64,000 nucleotides of DNA. Origin: an uncultured Chloroflexia bacterium. GTDB taxonomy: Bacteria; Chloroflexota; Limnocylindria; Limnocylindrales; CSP1-4. The translations under genes were made by a program, and so were the position numbers. Every line of letters begins with the position of its first letter. Within the stretch, counting starts at the first letter, position 1. Below, in pieces: positions 58,620 through 64,000 of the stretch. The notes under the pieces were generated by a model that was not told the DNA's origin, did not search any database, and saw only the letters and a list, made by a program, of their open reading frames with translations. Location: assembly GCA_963829105.1 (NCBI GenBank), contig CAWHHF010000023.1, positions 125,417 to 189,416 on the forward strand, read 5' to 3'.

Positions 58620-61600
58620 GAATCCAGGACATCGCCGCGTTCGCCTCCGTGCGCGAGGCGGGCCTCGCGAAGCTGCTCCCGAGCAAGCCACGCATCGCCG
58701 TGGGCATGGGCACCTGCGGCTCCGGCAACGGCGCCGAGGCCGTGTTCAACGCCTTCTCCTCCGAGATCGATGCCCGCGGCCTCGCCGTGGAGCTGGTCCC
58801 GGTCGGCTGCTTCGGCTTCTGCGCCGAGGAGCCGCTCGTCAACGTGTGGATCCCGGGCCGCCCGTTGCTGATGCTGCACCGTGTCCAGCCCAACCACGTG
58901 GACGCCATCCTCAATGGCCTCGGCCAGGGCCTCCTGCCGCCGGCCGAGACCGTGCTGTGCAAGATCGAGGAGTGGGACCACATCACGGGCCACGTGAAGT
59001 ACGGCTACGGCTACCCGGACGTGCCGAGCTGGAACGAGGTCCCGTTCTTCAGACGGTCAGGTCAAGATCGTCCTGCGCAACTGCGGGCTGATCAACCCCG
59101 ACGACATCGAGGAGTACATCGCGATCGGCGGGTACCAGGCCCTGTACAAGGTCCTGATCGACCAGAACCCCGCCGGCGTGATCGAGCAGATCAAGGCCTC
59201 GAAGCTGCGCGGTCGTGGTGGCGCCGGCTACCTGACGGGCAACAAGTGGGAGTTCCTCCAGAAGGCCGCCGGGCCCGAGAAGTACCTCGTCTGCAACGCG
59301 GACGAGGGCGACCCGGGCGCGTACATGAACCGCAACGAGATCGAGTCCGACCCCCACGGGCTCCTCGAGGGCCTGCTGATCGCCGGTTTCGTCACCGGTG
59401 CGCCCAAGGGGATCATCTACGTACGAGCCGAGTACCCCCTCGCCGTGCTGCGGCTGGAGCGGGCGATCGAGCAGGCGCGCGCCTACGGCGTGATGGGCGA
59501 GAACGTGCTGGGCCGCGGCTACAGCTTCGACATCGAGCTCGTCGAGGGCGCCGGCGCCTTCGTGTGCGGCGAGGAGACAGCGCTGATCGCGTCCCTGGAG
59601 GGCCAGTCCGGCCGGCCGCGGACGCGCCCCCCGTTCCCGGCGCAGAAGGGCCTGTACGGGAAGCCCACCAACATCAACAACGTCGAGACCTGGTACAACG
59701 TCGCGCCGATCGTGTCCAAGGGGCCGGCCTGGTTCACCGAGACCGGCAGCGCCAAGAGCGCCGGCACGAAGGTCTTCTCGCTGGTCGGCAAGGTCCACAG
59801 CACGGGCCTGGTCGAGATGCCGCTCGGCACGCCGCTCGCGAAGTTCATCTACGACATCGGCGAGGGCGGCACCAACGGCCGCGACATCAAGGCCGTGCAG
59901 ACGGGCGGGCCCTCGGGCGGCTGCATCCCGGCCGACATGTTCGACACGCCGGTCGACTACGAGACGCTCGCGCAGCTCGGTTCCATCATGGGCTCGGGCG
60001 GCATGGTCGTCATGGACCAGGACAACTGCATGGTGGACGTCGCCCGCTACTTCATCGAGTTCACCCACTCGGAGAGTTGCGGCAAGTGCGTCCCGTGCCG
60101 GGTCGGCCTCGACAAGGCCCTGCGCATGCTCAACCAGTTCACGCTGGGCACCGCCACGCACCAGGACATCGACACCCTCGACGAGCTGTGCCGCATGGTC
60201 CGCGACACCTCCCTGTGCGGCCTCGGCCAGAGCGCCCCGAACCCGGTGCTCACCAGCCTGCGCCACTTCCGCCACGAGTTCGAGGACCACATCGTGGCCA
60301 AGCGCTGTCGCGCCGGCGTGTGCGAGGACCTCGCGCTCTCGCCCTGCGAGAACTCCTGTCCGCTGCACATGAACATCCCGCGGTTCCTGCAGCTGTACAA
60401 GGAGGGGCGGGTCGAGGACGCGTTCCTGTCGGTGATCCTGGACAACCCGCTCCCGGCCTCCACGGGCCGGGTCTGCCAGCATCCCTGCGACAACCGCTGC
60501 CGCCGCGCCGGCATCGACGAGCCCGTGAACATGCGTGACGTGCACCGCCTGATCGCTGACGAGGTGCTGCTCTCCGACAGGTTCGAGACGGTCGTCGAGC
60601 GCGTCCGCGAGCGGCGGCTCGAACCGACCGGGCGCGAGGTCGCGATCGTGGGCGCCGGCCCGACCGGCCTGGCCTGCGCGTACTACCTGGCGCTGTTCGG
60701 CCACAGCGTGGTCATCTACGACTCCCGCCCGGCCGCGGGCGGCATGCTCCGCTACGCGCTGCCGGAGTACCGGCTTCCGAAGGCCGTGCTCGACAAGGAG
60801 ATCGAGCTCATCGAGCGCATGGGCGTCCGCTTCCAGTTCAACGTCAACGTGGGCGGCGACGTCACGCTCAACGACCTGGCCCACCAGTACGACGCGGTCT
60901 TCCTCGCGATCGGGACCTGGAAGGAGGCGTGGGTCTACCTTCCGGGCACGGAGCTCGCGGGCGTGATCCCGGCGCTCCCGTTCCTGGAGGCCGTGTCGCG
61001 CGACGAGCAGGTGCCGGTCGGTCGGAACGTGGTCGTGATCGGCGGCGGCAACGCCGCCATCGACTCGGCGCGGACCGCCCGCCGGCTGGGAGCCGAGGTC
61101 ACCGTCGTCTACCGCCGCGAGCGCAGGGACATGCCGGCGATCCCCGAGGAGATCGAGGCGGCCGAGCACGAGGGCGCGAAGATCGTCTACCTCGCCGCCC
61201 CGCACCGCATCGTGGGCGACAAGAACGGCCAAGTCCGTGCGCTGGAGGCGGTCCGGACGAGGCCCGGCGAGTTCGACACCTCCGGCCGCCGCCGGCCGGT
61301 GCCCACCGACGAGGTGATCCGCATCGAGTGCGACACCGTGATCCTCGCCGTGGGCGAGACGATCGACCCCGACTTCAGCAAGGCCTCGGGCCTGATGGTG
61401 AAGGAGAATGGCACGCTCGAGGTCGACCGCTACACGCTCGAGACCAGCCGGGAGCGCTTCTACGCCGGCGGTGACCTGATCAGCGGCGCCTCGAACGTCT
61501 CGAACGCGATGGGTTACGGGAAGAAGGCCGCCCGCAACATTGACAAGAAGCTGATGGGCCACAAGCGCTTCCCAAGCCTGATGCCCGAGTTCACCTACGA

Positions 61601-61772
61601 GATGGAGCCCCCCGAGACGCCCAGTGAGCTCGCCCGCCACGTCCCGGGCGAGAGGGCCGCGGCCGAGCGGGTGCGCTCGAACGTCGAGGTCTCGCTCGGC
61701 CTCACTCCGGTGGCGGCGATGGAGGAGACATCCCGCTGCCTGCGCTGCGACATCCGCAGCGGCGAGAGATAG
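58616..61772 (+). CDS. hoxF: HoxF/NuoF-like diaphorase subunit fused to a GltD-like FAD/NADP(H) domain (apparent +1 frameshift at ~59052)
   Basis: N-terminal ferredoxin (GTCG...GCFGFC), LRGRGGAG, NADEGDPG, GAGAFVCGEET, CGKCVPC...SLCGLG; then PCENSCP, GRVCQHPCDNRCRR, GAGPTG, GGGNAAID, YRR, RCLRC. Confidence 0.85.
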
Positions 61773-61782
61773 GGAGATCGCC

Positions 61783-62490
61783 TTGACCGAGAAGGTGAAG
61801 GTCCGCATCGACGGCGAGGTGATCGCGGCCACGCCCGGCCAGACGATCCTCGAGGTCGCGCGCGCCAACAACAAGTACATCCCGGCCCTGTGCTACATGG
61901 AGGGCCTCAGCACCGTCGGTGCGTGCCGGCTGTGCATGGTCGAGGTCTCCGGCGTGGCGCGTTTGCTGCCCGCCTGCACCACCCCCGTTCACGAGGGCCA
62001 GGCGGTCGTCACCACGTCGGCGCAGCTCGAGTCCTATCGGAAGATCGCGCTCGAGCTCCTGTTCGCCGAGCGCAACCACGTCTGTGCGGTGTGCGTCTCC
62101 TCTGGGCACTGCGAGCTGCAGACGCTGGCCCAGGACCACGGGGTCACGAACGTCCGCTACCCGTACAGCTGTCCGCGCCTCCCCGTCGACACCACCCACC
62201 CGCGCTTCGTGCTCGATCACAACCGCTGCGTGCTGTGCTCGCGCTGCGTGCGGACGTGCGCCGAGATCGAGGGCGCGCACGTGTGGGACCTCGCCGGACG
62301 CGGCATCGGCTCCCGCCTCGTCTCGGAGTTGCAGCGACCCTGGGGCGAGGCCACGACCTGCACGAGCTGCGGCAAGTGCGTCCAGGCGTGCCCGACGGGC
62401 GCGATGGCCGAGAAGGGATGGGGGGTCGAGGAGATGACCAAGAAGCGCGCCTCGGTGAGCCGCCTGACCTCGATGCGCGAGGGCCTGTGA
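61783..62490 (+). CDS. hoxU: Bidirectional hydrogenase subunit U (NuoG N-terminal-like)
   Basis: IPALC...GACRLC...ACTT, HVCAVC...C, CVLCSRC, CTSCGKCVQACP; TTG start after GGGAG. Confidence 0.9.
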   Translation: MTEKVKVRIDGEVIAATPGQTILEVARANNKYIPALCYMEGLSTVGACRLCMVEVSGVARLLPACTTPVHEGQAVVTTSAQLESYRKIALELLFAERNHVCAVCVSSGHCELQTLAQDHGVTNVRYPYSCPRLPVDTTHPRFVLDHNRCVLCSRCVRTCAEIEGAHVWDLAGRGIGSRLVSELQRPWGEATTCTSCGKCVQACPTGAMAEKGWGVEEMTKKRASVSRLTSMREGL

Positions 62491-63020
62491 TGGACAAGCT
62501 GAAGATCGCCACCTGCTGGCTCGACGGCTGCTCGGGCTGTCACATGTCACTGCTCGACATCGACGAGGCGATCGTCGCCGTGCTCCGGAAGGCCGACATC
62601 GTGTTCGGCCCGCTGGTCGACGCACAGGAGTGGCCCGAGGGCGTGGACGTGGCCCTGATCGAGGGTGCGGTCAGCAGCCAGGATGACCTCAAGCTCGTCC
62701 AGACCGCGCGGGCGCGCAGCAAGGTGGTGGTGGCGCTGGGCGACTGCGCGGTCACGGGGAACGTGCCGTCGCTCCGCAACGGCATCCCGGTCCGCAGGCT
62801 GCTCGAGCGCGTCTACATCGAGGGCGCGACCGCGACACCGGGCGTGCCGACGGATGGCGTGCCCGCGCTGCTCAAGCAGGCGGAGCCGCTGCGCTCGGCG
62901 GTCAAGGTCGACGTTCACGTCCCCGGCTGCCCGCCGAAGCCGAACGCGATCCTGATGGTGCTGAGCGAGCTGCTCGAAGGCCGCGAGCCGGACCTCGGCT
63001 CGAAGCTGCGGTTCGGGTAG
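62490..63020 (+). CDS. hoxY: [NiFe]-hydrogenase small subunit (short, group 3d type)
   Basis: WLDGCSGCHMS, EGAV, GDCAVTG, PGCPP; ~176 aa. Confidence 0.9.
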   Translation: MDKLKIATCWLDGCSGCHMSLLDIDEAIVAVLRKADIVFGPLVDAQEWPEGVDVALIEGAVSSQDDLKLVQTARARSKVVVALGDCAVTGNVPSLRNGIPVRRLLERVYIEGATATPGVPTDGVPALLKQAEPLRSAVKVDVHVPGCPPKPNAILMVLSELLEGREPDLGSKLRFG

Positions 63021-63144
63021 GCCGGGCATGGCGACCAGGAAGACAACACCCGGGACCGTGAGGCGCGCGCCGCGCGCCGCCATGGGCCATGAGCCCGCCG
63101 CCGCCGCGCCCGTGGCGCAACCGGTGGAGGCCAGGAGACCAGTC

Positions 63145-64000
<856 letters not shown>

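Noticed and set aside
59045-59060. Programmed ribosomal frameshift in hoxF
   Set aside because: No slippery heptamer or obvious stimulator; three similar indels elsewhere point to assembly error.

Overview
Very GC-rich bacterial chromosome window; gene content and style suggest Chloroflexota or a similar actinobacteria-like lineage (inference only). From left to right it holds: (1) the end of a kdpBC operon with a stand-alone KdpD sensor/Usp gene, facing a convergent kdpD(kinase)-kdpE-small ORF-kimA-like cluster; (2) an F420-type LLM oxidoreductase, an orphan ORF and an NnrS-like membrane protein; (3) an AraC regulator, MOP-type aldehyde oxidoreductase, TusE/DsrC-like carrier and cysteine desulfurase, divergent from an Fe-S flavin (OYE) reductase; (4) a ~21 kb minus-strand amino-sugar uptake and catabolism cluster (ABC transporter, 3 Gfo/Idh/MocA dehydrogenases, TIM-barrel epimerase, DeoC, 2 ROK proteins, NagA, NagB, SIS protein, UroD-family protein, GntR with a dre-like operator), interrupted by an HTH/PD-(D/E)XK-like gene and a methyltransferase; (5) an MFS transporter, htrA-moxR-DUF58-VWA and a META lipoprotein; (6) a giant cyclic beta-1,2-glucan synthase; (7) a hoxEFUYH [NiFe]-hydrogenase operon whose HoxF is fused to a GltD-like NADP(H) module. 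The most unusual signal is a family of three exactly 130-bp, gap-free alignable, symmetric four-site palindromic elements. Two flank the HTH-nuclease gene and each sits next to local tandem duplications. Four small frameshifts (kdpB, deoC, a Gfo/Idh/MocA gene, hoxF) are probably assembly errors. No rRNA, tRNA, CRISPR array or classical IS was seen.
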